A stretch of DNA of 64,000 nucleotides, taken from contig JBAYFY010000002.1 of NCBI GenBank assembly GCA_041666945.1, positions 701 to 64,700 of the forward strand, given 5' to 3'. Positions 55,080-64,000 of this stretch are shown one piece after another (positions within the stretch are counted from its first letter, which is position 1; every line of letters begins with the position of its first letter). The notes below the pieces were generated by a model. That model ran no database searches. It worked only from the letters and a program-made list of their open reading frames with translations, and was not told where the DNA came from. A program made the position numbers and the translations under genes. Source of the stretch: Candidatus Buchananbacteria bacterium (GTDB taxonomy: Bacteria; Patescibacteriota; Patescibacteriia; 2-01-FULL-39-33).

Positions 55080-55607
55080 CTAAATAAACTCTTGGCCCCA
55101 CTCTTCCATTTTTTTGATAACCTTGAGGAAGCTTTTACCGTCACTGTCGGGGGTAAAGAGTTGCACCAGATAAACTGGTTTGTGAGCCATAAAAGCCATA
55201 CCCAAGTCAAAATGCGAACCGGTTGATTTGCTGTCCCAGAAAATATGCACAAAGGAACATTTTTCCATGGCGGCGGCATGCGTTAGGCAGATATCCATTC
55301 CTATGGAATCGTTCTGATCGGCATCGCGCGGCGGGTAATGAACTTCAAGACCTGCCTTTTCTAAACGTTTAACATAGTCGTCTATCAGCGTTTGTTGTTC
55401 CGGAGTAATGTTGCGCACCGGACAAATCAGATAAATAAGATCTTTCTTAGGTTGCGCGCGACTCGACTGTTCGCCTTTCTTTTTAAAACAGTAACGCAGG
55501 TAGGCCCAGCAAGCCAAAATCAGGCCATAGAGCAAATGCAGAGGAAAGATTGAAATATAACAGAGCGCGACAAAGGCCAACAGTATGATATAATCACTGA
55601 TTTGCAT
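55080..55607 (-). CDS. membrane-anchored nucleoside 2-deoxyribosyltransferase-like protein (SD-led cassette)
   Basis: N-terminal TM pair; IYLICPVR, HYPPRD, STGSHFDLGMA; SD AAAGGAG; GTTCTTTAAACAA at 55628-55640. Confidence 0.65.
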   Translation of the reverse strand: MQISDYIILLAFVALCYISIFPLHLLYGLILACWAYLRYCFKKKGEQSSRAQPKKDLIYLICPVRNITPEQQTLIDDYVKRLEKAGLEVHYPPRDADQNDSIGMDICLTHAAAMEKCSFVHIFWDSKSTGSHFDLGMAFMAHKPVYLVQLFTPDSDGKSFLKVIKKMEEWGQEFI

Positions 55608-55827
55608 GGCCGGTTTCTCCTTTGGGGTTGTTTAAAGAACTGTCCAATCGTTTTTATTTGTTTTCCACTTTAGCATAGGTCAAGCCAGAAAGCAAGGCCG
55701 CACTGCAATCACTCTTGCAAAATTAACGGAATAATCGCTTAATAGGTTAATAATTCAAATTGAAGCCGTTTTGACTTAAAGGGTTAAAAATGGTAAAATT
55801 ACCGCATAATCATAGCAAAATTACTCC

Positions 55828-56997
55828 ATGAACAAGTCGGTAGCAATAGCGGTTTGCGCTTGGCCGCCTTTGGGCGGTGGCATTGGCAACAACGCTTATT
55901 ATCAACTCAAAGGACTGAATAAAAATTCCGTTACGGCTCGCGCTTTTACGCCGGCTTATTTTAATCTTGATCGGGATGTTTCTTCGCTCGTTTCTTATTT
56001 GCCGGCGGTCTTGCCCTTAGGCAAAGCCGCTTTTATGCGCGGTTTGAAGCGGCAGCTGGAACACTTTGATATCATTCATTTGTACTGGCCCTTTTTCGGC
56101 GCTGATTTGCAGGTCGCCGCCTGCAAACGCCGGCATCCGGAAAAAAAACTAGTTTTGCATTATCAAATGGATCCGGTCGGCCGGGGGGTTAAGGCCTGGA
56201 TTTTTCGGCTATACGTTAAGTTGTTTTTTGGCTCCCTTATCAAGTTAGCTGACAGGATTTTGGTGCTGTCTTTGGATCATGCCCAGCATTCTTATCTGGC
56301 TCCTTATCTTAAGCTCTACCCGGAAAAATTTTTGGAGTGGCCCAACGGCGTGGATACGGATTTGTTCAAGCCGTTAGATCAAAAGAATAAATTGCGCGCT
56401 CTGAACAAATTTAGTGTTCAAGACAAGATCGCGGTGTTTGTCGGCGGTTTAGACAAACAACATTTTTTTAAGGGCGTGCCCGTGTTGCTTCAAGCATTTG
56501 AAAAAGTGGTCAAAACCGTGCCGCAAGCCAAGTTGCTTATTATCGGCGATGGCAGTGAGCGTTTGAAGTTTGAGGGTCAGGTATTGGATTTGGGTTTAAA
56601 GGATCAAGTGCGCTTTTCGGGCTGGGTGAAGAATGAAAATCTGCCCGCTTGGTATAATTTGTCTGACGTTTTTGTCTTGCCCTCCACCGAATCAACGGAG
56701 AGTTTTGGCATAGTGGCGGCCGAAGCCCAGGCCTGCGGTTTGCCGGCCATCGTCGCTAATTGGCCGGGAGTGCGCCAAACCATCAAACTGAATGAAACCG
56801 GGTGGTGGGTGGAGCCGAAAGACATCAATGATCTGGCCTTGAAGTTGGCCAAGCTTTTGGCCGATGAATCCTTATGCCAACAATTCGGCCAAGCCGGACG
56901 AGAACGCGCCGGACGCCTGTATAGTTGGACTAACTTGATTTTGCGTTTATTGGATATTTATAACTCGCTTTATGTTCCAATGGCGGAAAAAAAATAA
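55828..56997 (+). CDS. glycosyltransferase family 4
   Basis: PNGVDT, FKG, ESFGIVAAEAQACG. Confidence 0.9.
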   Translation: MNKSVAIAVCAWPPLGGGIGNNAYYQLKGLNKNSVTARAFTPAYFNLDRDVSSLVSYLPAVLPLGKAAFMRGLKRQLEHFDIIHLYWPFFGADLQVAACKRRHPEKKLVLHYQMDPVGRGVKAWIFRLYVKLFFGSLIKLADRILVLSLDHAQHSYLAPYLKLYPEKFLEWPNGVDTDLFKPLDQKNKLRALNKFSVQDKIAVFVGGLDKQHFFKGVPVLLQAFEKVVKTVPQAKLLIIGDGSERLKFEGQVLDLGLKDQVRFSGWVKNENLPAWYNLSDVFVLPSTESTESFGIVAAEAQACGLPAIVANWPGVRQTIKLNETGWWVEPKDINDLALKLAKLLADESLCQQFGQAGRERAGRLYSWTNLILRLLDIYNSLYVPMAEKK

Positions 56998-57376
56998 TTT
57001 TAAAGCTGCCTTGCTTTGGTTCCTAACCCTGGCTTGGGCGGTTTTTATTTTTTATCTTTCCGCCCAGCCCAATTTTCCGGTTAATTTTACGGTTAACGAA
57101 TACCAGGTGTTTTCTTCTTGGGCGCACATTATTTTGTATGTCGTTTTGGCTTTCTTGACGATTGAGGCCGCGGTGGCGTCAGGCATTAATCGGCGCCAGG
57201 CCTTAGTCGTAGCTTTAGCGATTGGCGCCGTTTATGGCGCTTCGGATGAGTGGCACCAAGCTTTCGTACCCGGCCGGGAGATGAGTTTAAGCGATTGGCT
57301 TTTGGATGTTATTGCCGCGTTTTTAGTGATGTTTTGCTACTCCATTATTTATCGTTTTAAGTTGTTTGACCATTAA
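56972..57376 (+). CDS. VanZ-like membrane protein
   Basis: AHIILY, YGASDEWHQAFVPGR...DWLLD. Confidence 0.88.
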   Translation: MFQWRKKNNFKAALLWFLTLAWAVFIFYLSAQPNFPVNFTVNEYQVFSSWAHIILYVVLAFLTIEAAVASGINRRQALVVALAIGAVYGASDEWHQAFVPGREMSLSDWLLDVIAAFLVMFCYSIIYRFKLFDH

Positions 57377-57377
57377 T

Positions 57378-58535
57378 ATGAAAATTGCCGTTATTCATTC
57401 AATTTATCAACCTTACACTCGCGGCGGGGCGGAAGTGATGGTATCCAATGTTGTCAGCGGGCTGAAAAATCGCGGACATGAAGTTTTTGTTATTGCCGTC
57501 GGTTATGAAAATAAAATGGAAGTGATTGGCGGCGTTAAGGTTTACCGCATCAAGCCGTTTAATCTGTTTAATTTTTTGGCTATCAACGACCAGCCGGCTT
57601 GGCGGCGCTTATTCTGGCATTTGATAGATATGTTTAACGATGTTCAGACCTGGCGAATCTACAAGGTTCTGGCGGCCGAAAAGCCGGAGTTGGCCTTAAC
57701 GCATAATCTTAAGGGTTTGGGCTATCAAGTTCCGCCTTTATTGAAACTATTGAAGATTAAACACATTCATACCATCCACGACATGCAGTTAATCCATCCT
57801 TCGGGACTGATTATTGATGATCCAAAATTCAAATTGAATTTTTTCGTCCGGTTGTATGCCAGATTTTGTCGCGAGCTGTTTAATAATCCCGACGTGGTCG
57901 TTTTTCCCTCGGATTATATTCGACTGATTTACCGCCGTTACAAGTTTTTTACTGAATCAAAAGTGGAAATATTGGGTAATCCGCTGTTAGTTAAACCACA
58001 AAGGACTAAAACCGCCAAAAGCGATATCTTTACTTTGGCATTTATCGGCCAATTGGAACTGTACAAGGGAATTATTGACTTGATCAAAGCCGTTAACCGT
58101 TTGAGCGGCAATTGGCGGTTGCTTATCGCCGGCGCCGGCCAAGCCGAAAAAGAAGCGCGCCGCGTCGCCATTGACAACCAGCGGATCAAGTTTCTGGGGC
58201 ATTTGGATCAGGCGGAGCTTGAACACAAAATTTGGTCAGAAGCGGACCTGCTGGTTAACCCCAGCCGGACAGCGGAAAGTTTCGGCATGGTGGTGATTGA
58301 ATCGTACGCGCATGGCGTGCCGGTGATCGCTTCCAAAATCGGGGCCTTGCCGGAATTAGTAAAAGACGGCTCCACCGGTTGGTTGATCAAACCTGGCAAT
58401 CCCGACGACCTGAAGCGCCAACTGGAATTTATTATTGATAATCGGGATCATTTGACGCCGTTAGTGGAAAAATGCCTGGCTGAAGCGGAAAAATATACGA
58501 TTGACAATTATTTAAATCGCCTCTTAGAATTATGA
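57378..58535 (+). CDS. glycosyltransferase family 4
   Basis: GGAE, HTIHD, YKG, ESFGMVVIESYAHG. Confidence 0.9.
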   Translation: MKIAVIHSIYQPYTRGGAEVMVSNVVSGLKNRGHEVFVIAVGYENKMEVIGGVKVYRIKPFNLFNFLAINDQPAWRRLFWHLIDMFNDVQTWRIYKVLAAEKPELALTHNLKGLGYQVPPLLKLLKIKHIHTIHDMQLIHPSGLIIDDPKFKLNFFVRLYARFCRELFNNPDVVVFPSDYIRLIYRRYKFFTESKVEILGNPLLVKPQRTKTAKSDIFTLAFIGQLELYKGIIDLIKAVNRLSGNWRLLIAGAGQAEKEARRVAIDNQRIKFLGHLDQAELEHKIWSEADLLVNPSRTAESFGMVVIESYAHGVPVIASKIGALPELVKDGSTGWLIKPGNPDDLKRQLEFIIDNRDHLTPLVEKCLAEAEKYTIDNYLNRLLEL

Positions 58536-59422
58536 AAGGAATTATGAAAGCTCTAATTATCTTCAATCCGACTGCCGGCGTGGCGGCCAAGGCCGACGTT
58601 AAGGGTCTGGTAATTGCTCGGCTTAAATCTTTGGGTTACCAGCCAGATGTTTTAATTTTGGATTTTGATTTTGAAAACAACATGAACGTTTACAATTCAG
58701 CCGGCTTGCGTTTGGTTGTGGCGGTTGGCGGTGATGGCACGGTCAAAGTGGCGGCGCGGGAAATCATCAGGCGCCGACTGGCCGTACCGCTGGCCATTAT
58801 CCCTTTCGGCTCGGCCAATGTTTTAGCTTCCACCCTGGGTTTGCCGTTGGACGCAACCGGGGCTTTGGCGCTGCTTCAAGAAATCAAAACCAAAAGAATT
58901 GATGTTGGCGTGATTAATAACCAGACCTACTTTATCGTCGGTTTTTCTTTGGGCTATGTGTCTTCAATTATTATTCATACGGAAAAGGGTCTCAAGAACC
59001 GGTTCGGTCATTTGGGCTATTTACTAAAGCTTTTATGGAATAAAGTTAGGATTTTCCGCATTAAATTCCGCATTGAAACGCAAAATAAGGTTTTTTGGGT
59101 CAGGGGCAACAGTTTGATTATCTTTAATGCTTTTAAATTTTTCGGCTTAGAACCCAAAAAACCCGTCAGCATCACTGATGGCATTTTTAATCTTTATATT
59201 GTAACCAATAAGACCTTTTTGACTTTGCTGCAGGCGGCTTTGGGCGTGTTGTTTTATGTCAAACCGCCGCGTTATGTTTTTACTTTGGATAATCGTTATT
59301 TTAAAATCAGAGTCAAGCGCCGCCATTTAAAAACCGCCCAAGTGGACGGTGATCGCATTAAGGTGCCGAAAGTAATGGAAATAGAATGCCTGCCCCAGGC
59401 GCTTGAAGTAGTGGTAAAATAA
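58532..59422 (+). CDS. diacylglycerol kinase-like (DAGKc/YegS) protein
   Basis: FNPTAG, GGDGT, PFGSAN, QVDGD. Confidence 0.88.
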   Translation: MKGIMKALIIFNPTAGVAAKADVKGLVIARLKSLGYQPDVLILDFDFENNMNVYNSAGLRLVVAVGGDGTVKVAAREIIRRRLAVPLAIIPFGSANVLASTLGLPLDATGALALLQEIKTKRIDVGVINNQTYFIVGFSLGYVSSIIIHTEKGLKNRFGHLGYLLKLLWNKVRIFRIKFRIETQNKVFWVRGNSLIIFNAFKFFGLEPKKPVSITDGIFNLYIVTNKTFLTLLQAALGVLFYVKPPRYVFTLDNRYFKIRVKRRHLKTAQVDGDRIKVPKVMEIECLPQALEVVVK

Positions 59423-59455
59423 AAGCCGCGCTTAAATGGCGGCTTCGGCAAAGTG

Positions 59456-59725
59456 CTAAATTGGAGCAGGTAGATCAGGCGGTTGGCCAGTCGGTTCGTT
59501 GCGGCAGATAATTTTGTGGATCGGCTGTCCGCAAGAGGCGCAAACAAAAATAAGGCATTCTTGGCCGTCATATTGCGAACCTTTCAATCGCGTGCCGCAT
59601 CTGATGCAAACGCATAATTCCTCAATTGATCCGAGGGTTAATAAATCAAGATATTCGCCGCCGCAAAATTTAATTTCCAACGGTTTTCCGCAAGTTGAAC
59701 AAATCAATCGTCCTTGGTTTTCCAT
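59456..59725 (-). CDS. small zinc-ribbon (3x CxxC) orphan (SD-led cassette)
   Basis: CSTC, CIRC, CASC; SD GGGAGG; hairpin ATCCGT-CGAT-ACGGAT; GCACATTTTAAG at 59771-59782. Confidence 0.6.
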   Translation of the reverse strand: MENQGRLICSTCGKPLEIKFCGGEYLDLLTLGSIEELCVCIRCGTRLKGSQYDGQECLIFVCASCGQPIHKIICRNEPTGQPPDLPAPI

Positions 59726-59870
59726 GATTAATCCTCCCAATATTATCCGTATCGACGGATTTTTTTGTTGCTTAAAATGTGCTATCTTTGATTATTTTTA
59801 TCATATTTCAAGAGGTTTGGCAAATCGCTTGGTTATGTTATAATAAAGTCAAGAATTAATCATCAAATAG

Positions 59871-61235
59871 ATGGAAATTTCTTTCCATGGCGCCGCCGGC
59901 GAAGTTACCGGCTCATGCATTTTAGTCAAAACAAAAAAGACCAAGTTTTTGGTTGACTGCGGCATGTTCCAGGGCACGCAATTCGCCCGGGAAGAGAATT
60001 TTGAATCCTGGCCGTTTGATCCGGCGGAGATTGATTTTGTTATTTTGACCCACGCCCACGTTGATCATTGCGGGCGCCTGCCCAAACTTTATGCCGACGG
60101 TTTTAAGGGCAAGATTTATTGTACCGGCGCCACCAAGGAACTGGCGGAAATAATTTTGCTGGACGCCGCCAAAGTCATCAAGGAAGAAGTCAGGCGCCAT
60201 GGCGGAGAAATATTGTATCGCGATAAAGATGTTTACGGCGTCGTGCCTTTGTTTTGGTCGCTGGATTACGGCCAAAAACAGAAACTTAGCCCGGATACGA
60301 CCGTCTGTCTGCGCGATGCCGGGCATATTCTGGGCTCGGCTATTGCCGAGGTTTGGATTAAGGAAGGGCTCAAATCCAAGAAAATAGTTTTTTCCGGCGA
60401 TTTGGGCAACCCGCCGGCGCCGATTGTGCGCGACACTGATTTTATTGACGGCGCCGATTATATTGTCGTAGAATCAACCTATGGCGGTCGCATCCATGAA
60501 CCGGCGGAAATGCGCTCTCAAATTTTGCGCCAGTCCATTTTGGATTCCATCGGCCGCGGCGGAGTTTTAATGATTCCCACTTTCGCCCTGGAAAGGACGC
60601 AAGAGGTTCTGTATGAGCTTAATTATTTGCACGAAACGAGGCAGATTCCCAAAGTGCCTGTTTATTTGGACAGTCCGCTGGCGATTGACGCTTTGGATAT
60701 TTACAAGCGTTATACGCATTTGTTTGACGCTGAAGCCAAAGAACGCATTAATTCCGGCGATGCCCTGTTTAATTTTGCGGGGCTGGAATTGGCGCGAACC
60801 GCGGAACAGTCCAAACGAATCAACCGCGTCGCGGCGCCTAAGGTTATTTTGGCCGGCAGCGGCATGGCTAACGGCGGCCGCATCATGTTCCATCTCAAAT
60901 TGTATTTACCCGACAACAAAAGCCAATTATTGATTATCAGTTATCAGGCGGAAGGATCGCTGGGCCGACTATTGAAAGACGGCGCCAAACGCGTAACCAT
61001 TGACGGCGAAAAAGTAGCGGTCAAAGCCAAAATCATCGCTATCGGAAGCTACTCCTCTCATGCCGATCAACCAAAATTGTTACACTGGCTTAAGAGCGTT
61101 GATTCGCCCAGGCCCAAGATGATTTTTGTGAATCACGGCGAAGGAAAATCGTCTTTGATGCTGGCCGACGGCATCAGACAAAAATTGGGAGTGGAAACGA
61201 TTATTCCGGAAAAGGATCAACGATTTACTATTTAG
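59871..61235 (+). CDS. MBL-fold metallo-hydrolase with beta-CASP domain (RNA processing)
   Basis: GAAGEVTGS, THAHVDHCG, AGHILG, SGD, ESTYG, SSHAD, NHGE. Confidence 0.93.
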   Translation: MEISFHGAAGEVTGSCILVKTKKTKFLVDCGMFQGTQFAREENFESWPFDPAEIDFVILTHAHVDHCGRLPKLYADGFKGKIYCTGATKELAEIILLDAAKVIKEEVRRHGGEILYRDKDVYGVVPLFWSLDYGQKQKLSPDTTVCLRDAGHILGSAIAEVWIKEGLKSKKIVFSGDLGNPPAPIVRDTDFIDGADYIVVESTYGGRIHEPAEMRSQILRQSILDSIGRGGVLMIPTFALERTQEVLYELNYLHETRQIPKVPVYLDSPLAIDALDIYKRYTHLFDAEAKERINSGDALFNFAGLELARTAEQSKRINRVAAPKVILAGSGMANGGRIMFHLKLYLPDNKSQLLIISYQAEGSLGRLLKDGAKRVTIDGEKVAVKAKIIAIGSYSSHADQPKLLHWLKSVDSPRPKMIFVNHGEGKSSLMLADGIRQKLGVETIIPEKDQRFTI

Positions 61236-61247
61236 GAAGATAAAATT

Positions 61248-62255
61248 ATGTTAGCCAAGCATTTGTTATTGAAGCGGACAACCGGCGGCCAGCAGCTTTT
61301 TTTGTCATTAGCGGCTTTTTTATTTTTAGTTTTTGCCGTCTTTAAGTTGAACAGCCCGGCGGTTAAAACCCAAGCCGCGGTTTCCCAACCTGACAGCAAT
61401 ACCGTGGGCCGGCTAACTGAAGCTTATTTGGCGGCTAAATACGACGAGGCCAACGCCGTTTTGGTTTCCGGCGCTCCCGTCGCGGAACATCAACCGACTA
61501 TTTTGGAAAAATCCAAAACATCCTGCCCTGACACTGATTTTACCGCTTACGCTTCCGCCACCGTTTATGAAGCGCCGATTGCCGTTTTGATGTATCATCA
61601 TGTCGCCGCCGCGCCCGCAGGCAATCCTTTGCCGGGTCTGTACCACGAGCCGGAATTATTTGAAGATCAGTTGCGGACGTTAAAACTTGATTGTTATAGC
61701 GGAGTTTTTACTTCGGAAATCGGGCGATATCTGCAAGGCGATTATCATTTACCGGCCAAGCCGGTTGCCCTGACTTTTGACGACGGTTATGATGATATGT
61801 ACACCAGCGCTTTTCCTTTGCTTAAAAAATACGGCATGAAAGGCACCATGTATATTATTGTGGAGGCCCTGGGACTACCCGGCTACCTGACCAAAGAACA
61901 AGTTAAGGAAATGGCCGACAGCGGTTATGTGGAAATTGCCTCCCACACCTTAAACCACGCTAATCTCAAAGCCGTATCCGACAGCAAATCCTGGAAGGAA
62001 ATTTATGAAAGCCGAAAAGCGTTGGAAGAGATTACCGGCCACTCCGTTACCGACTTGGCTTATCCGTTCGGTTATTTCCGTCAGCGCGAAGAGGTTTATT
62101 GCCGTCAGGCCGGCTATTTGACTTGCGCCTCAACGTATCAGGGTAAAATCCAATCGTTTGATCGTCGCTATTCGCTTCTTCGTTTGCGGCCCGGCTATCG
62201 TACTGGAAACGACCTGTTAAGCTTTATCAGCAGAAGCGCCGTGGCCAAATTCTAA
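61248..62255 (+). CDS. polysaccharide deacetylase (CE4), membrane-anchored
   Basis: VLMYHHV, LTFDDGY, SHTLNH, AYPFG. Confidence 0.9.
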   Translation: MLAKHLLLKRTTGGQQLFLSLAAFLFLVFAVFKLNSPAVKTQAAVSQPDSNTVGRLTEAYLAAKYDEANAVLVSGAPVAEHQPTILEKSKTSCPDTDFTAYASATVYEAPIAVLMYHHVAAAPAGNPLPGLYHEPELFEDQLRTLKLDCYSGVFTSEIGRYLQGDYHLPAKPVALTFDDGYDDMYTSAFPLLKKYGMKGTMYIIVEALGLPGYLTKEQVKEMADSGYVEIASHTLNHANLKAVSDSKSWKEIYESRKALEEITGHSVTDLAYPFGYFRQREEVYCRQAGYLTCASTYQGKIQSFDRRYSLLRLRPGYRTGNDLLSFISRSAVAKF

Positions 62256-62347
62256 GCCGGAATTGATTTTTGAACATTTTTAAATATAAAATAAATATAA
62301 AAAAAGAACCAGCCGATTGCTCGACTGGATCTTTTAGCAGGCAGTGA

Positions 62348-62647
62348 TTAGTAGCGTCCATGTCCGCCGGAGAAACCGCCACGGTCTCCCGTGCGTTTTT
62401 CCTGAGGACGAGCTTCGCTGACTTTAATCTCTCTGCCCATCATGTCTTTTCCGTTTAAGGTTTCAATGGCTGTCTGGGCTTCCTCATCAGAGGACATTTC
62501 CACAAAGCCGAATCCCTTAGACCGTCCGGTTTCCCGGTCGGTGATAACAGAGGCTGACACAACGGTACCGGCGGGGGAAAAGAAATCCTTCAAATCATCA
62601 TTGGTAGCGCTATAAGCGATTCCGCCGACATAAAGTTTGCTGGTCAT
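62348..62647 (-). CDS. RRM (RNP-1) RNA-binding protein
   Basis: KLYVGGI, DRETGRSKGFGFVEM, Gly-rich tail; promoter TTGACT-17-TATACT near 62749-62778; no SD. Confidence 0.93.
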   Translation of the reverse strand: MTSKLYVGGIAYSATNDDLKDFFSPAGTVVSASVITDRETGRSKGFGFVEMSSDEEAQTAIETLNGKDMMGREIKVSEARPQEKRTGDRGGFSGGHGRY

Positions 62648-62834
62648 AGTTGTAGCTGTTTTTAATTTTAATTTATCCGTTGGCCAGACCTTTAGCACTT
62701 AAACATGGTTTAGAGAATGCACTTAAGTAGTTAACCTACGAACACTTTAAGTATATCACAGATTAATTAAAAAGTCAATAGCCGAGTGATTTTGACGTAT
62801 TTATTGGCAAATATCATTATTATCGCTAATAGCC

Positions 62835-63266
62835 ATGACGCTTATCATTAAAGTAAAAAAATTATCACCTAAAGCCAAATTGCCCCAATATGCCCACCCG
62901 GGCGATGCCGGCATGGATGTCTGCGCCGTTAGCAAGAATGAAACCGGCAAATACGTGGAGTATGGCACGGGCTTGTCATTTGAATTGCCGTACGATCACG
63001 TGTTGCTTTTATATCCCCGAAGCAGCGTAACCAATACCGACTTAATGCTGGCTAATTCCGTCGGCGTTCTGGACTCGGGCTACCGAGGCGAGCTTAAAGT
63101 AAGGTTCCGCAAGTCCGGAGATAACGACTATAATATCGGCGACCGCATCGCCCAGATCATTATCTTGCCTTTTCCGCAGGTGGAGTTTTCCGAAGTTGAG
63201 GAATTGTCAGCAAGCAAACGGGGGAGCGGCGCTTTCGGCTCAACCGGAGTAAGCGATACGTTATGA
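62835..63266 (+). CDS. dut: dUTP diphosphatase
   Basis: DAGMD, PRSS, GVLDSGYRGE, RIAQ, RGSGAFGSTG. Confidence 0.95.
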   Translation: MTLIIKVKKLSPKAKLPQYAHPGDAGMDVCAVSKNETGKYVEYGTGLSFELPYDHVLLLYPRSSVTNTDLMLANSVGVLDSGYRGELKVRFRKSGDNDYNIGDRIAQIIILPFPQVEFSEVEELSASKRGSGAFGSTGVSDTL

Positions 63267-63444
63267 AAACCCGCGCTAAAATCGGCAACAAACAAGGCAA
63301 TCCGGCATACCGCACTGCCGCCACCTTCAGGCATAATAAGTTTTTTGATATCGGCGCGGTCAAAGCGAAAAATTCGGCCGTAAAAAATAAAAGCCCGTTT
63401 TGGCCAGGATGCAAAACGGGCAATGAAAAAGAACCGAATAATGA

Positions 63445-63864
63445 TTAAGGAGCTTTTTCCAGTTGAGGATCAAAAATAATAATGGCGTTTTTGCTGGACA
63501 ACAGCTTGACGATTTCTTGCCAGCTTTTACCGATCTTTTCAGCGATGGCCTGGCATTTTTTTTCCAGTTGTTGCGCCGGCAAGCTTATCCACCAAGCGCG
63601 ATCGCCTCTGATTTTTCCTTCGGTTTCATACTCTTGAACCGCGGCGATTTCTTGATCTTGCTGGATGTTGGATTTAGTCATTGTGATTTTTCTGGCTTGA
63701 TATGAGCTGAACCCGGCGCATAGCAGAAGCGCTAAACCAATTGCAATACTGGCCATCCCCGTCTTTTTCTCTTTTGAAAATAACAGAGAAAATCCCAGCG
63801 TGATGAATACAAGAGAAAACGTTCCCGATATGGCATAAATAATAATTAAGATATCCAGAAGCAT
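63445..63864 (-). CDS. two-TM orphan membrane protein (SD-led cassette)
   Basis: SD AAAAGGAG; perfect TTGACA-17-TATAAT at 63938-63966; GCACTTTGAAAA at 63898-63909. Confidence 0.72.
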   Translation of the reverse strand: MLLDILIIIYAISGTFSLVFITLGFSLLFSKEKKTGMASIAIGLALLLCAGFSSYQARKITMTKSNIQQDQEIAAVQEYETEGKIRGDRAWWISLPAQQLEKKCQAIAEKIGKSWQEIVKLLSSKNAIIIFDPQLEKAP

Positions 63865-64000
63865 TTGTTCTCCTTTTGCCCGTATGGGGCGATTGATTTT
63901 TCAAAGTGCTTTTAACTCAATTGACAACTTTCAAATCATTATATATAATAATGGTTTGTTTGTCAAGTATTATGCCCAAAACATTATTTCAATTAAAATC

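Noticed and set aside
1-64000. Alternative genetic code (TGA read-through), retron or DGR
   Set aside because: Conserved genes end properly at TGA (murG, hpf, dfx, dut) and are uninterrupted; no reverse transcriptase motifs or TR/VR pair were seen.

Overview
Bacterial chromosome segment, standard genetic code. It is probably from a Patescibacteria/CPR (Parcubacteria-like) genome; this is inferred from SD-less core genes, the sigma-r4/HARE-HTH protein, the VirD4-like gene pair and a LexA-methylase fusion. The housekeeping backbone lies mostly on the + strand: murD-ftsW-murG-murC-murB, hpf, secA, mutM, uppP, mltG, rubrerythrin/desulfoferrodoxin, dnaG-rpoD, tRNA-Asn, glycosyltransferases, a beta-CASP nuclease and dut. 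Two signals stand out. (1) About a dozen orphan units are interspersed among the core genes and usually run antisense to them. Most share one architecture: near-consensus sigma70 promoter, boxA-like motif, strong Shine-Dalgarno, ORF and often a terminator. The core genes have A/T-rich starts with no SD. (2) One of these cassettes encodes a ~1040-aa major vault protein (MVP) homolog with a purine-repeat leader. The window also has an AT-rich, integrase-less defence-like island at tRNA-Asn (XRE, DHH-like protein, LexA-MTase fusion, two HEPN-motif proteins, UDG-like protein), an internally deleted NYN gene facing a convergent ~75-nt RNA, a structured ~115-bp repeat in two inverted copies, an 88-bp duplication of the tRNA promoter, nested REP-like palindromes and a GT2-HAD-NDK-NUDIX-GT4-kinase operon. 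No CRISPR array, rRNA, integrase or transposase was seen. All assignments come from reading motifs by eye, not from database searches.
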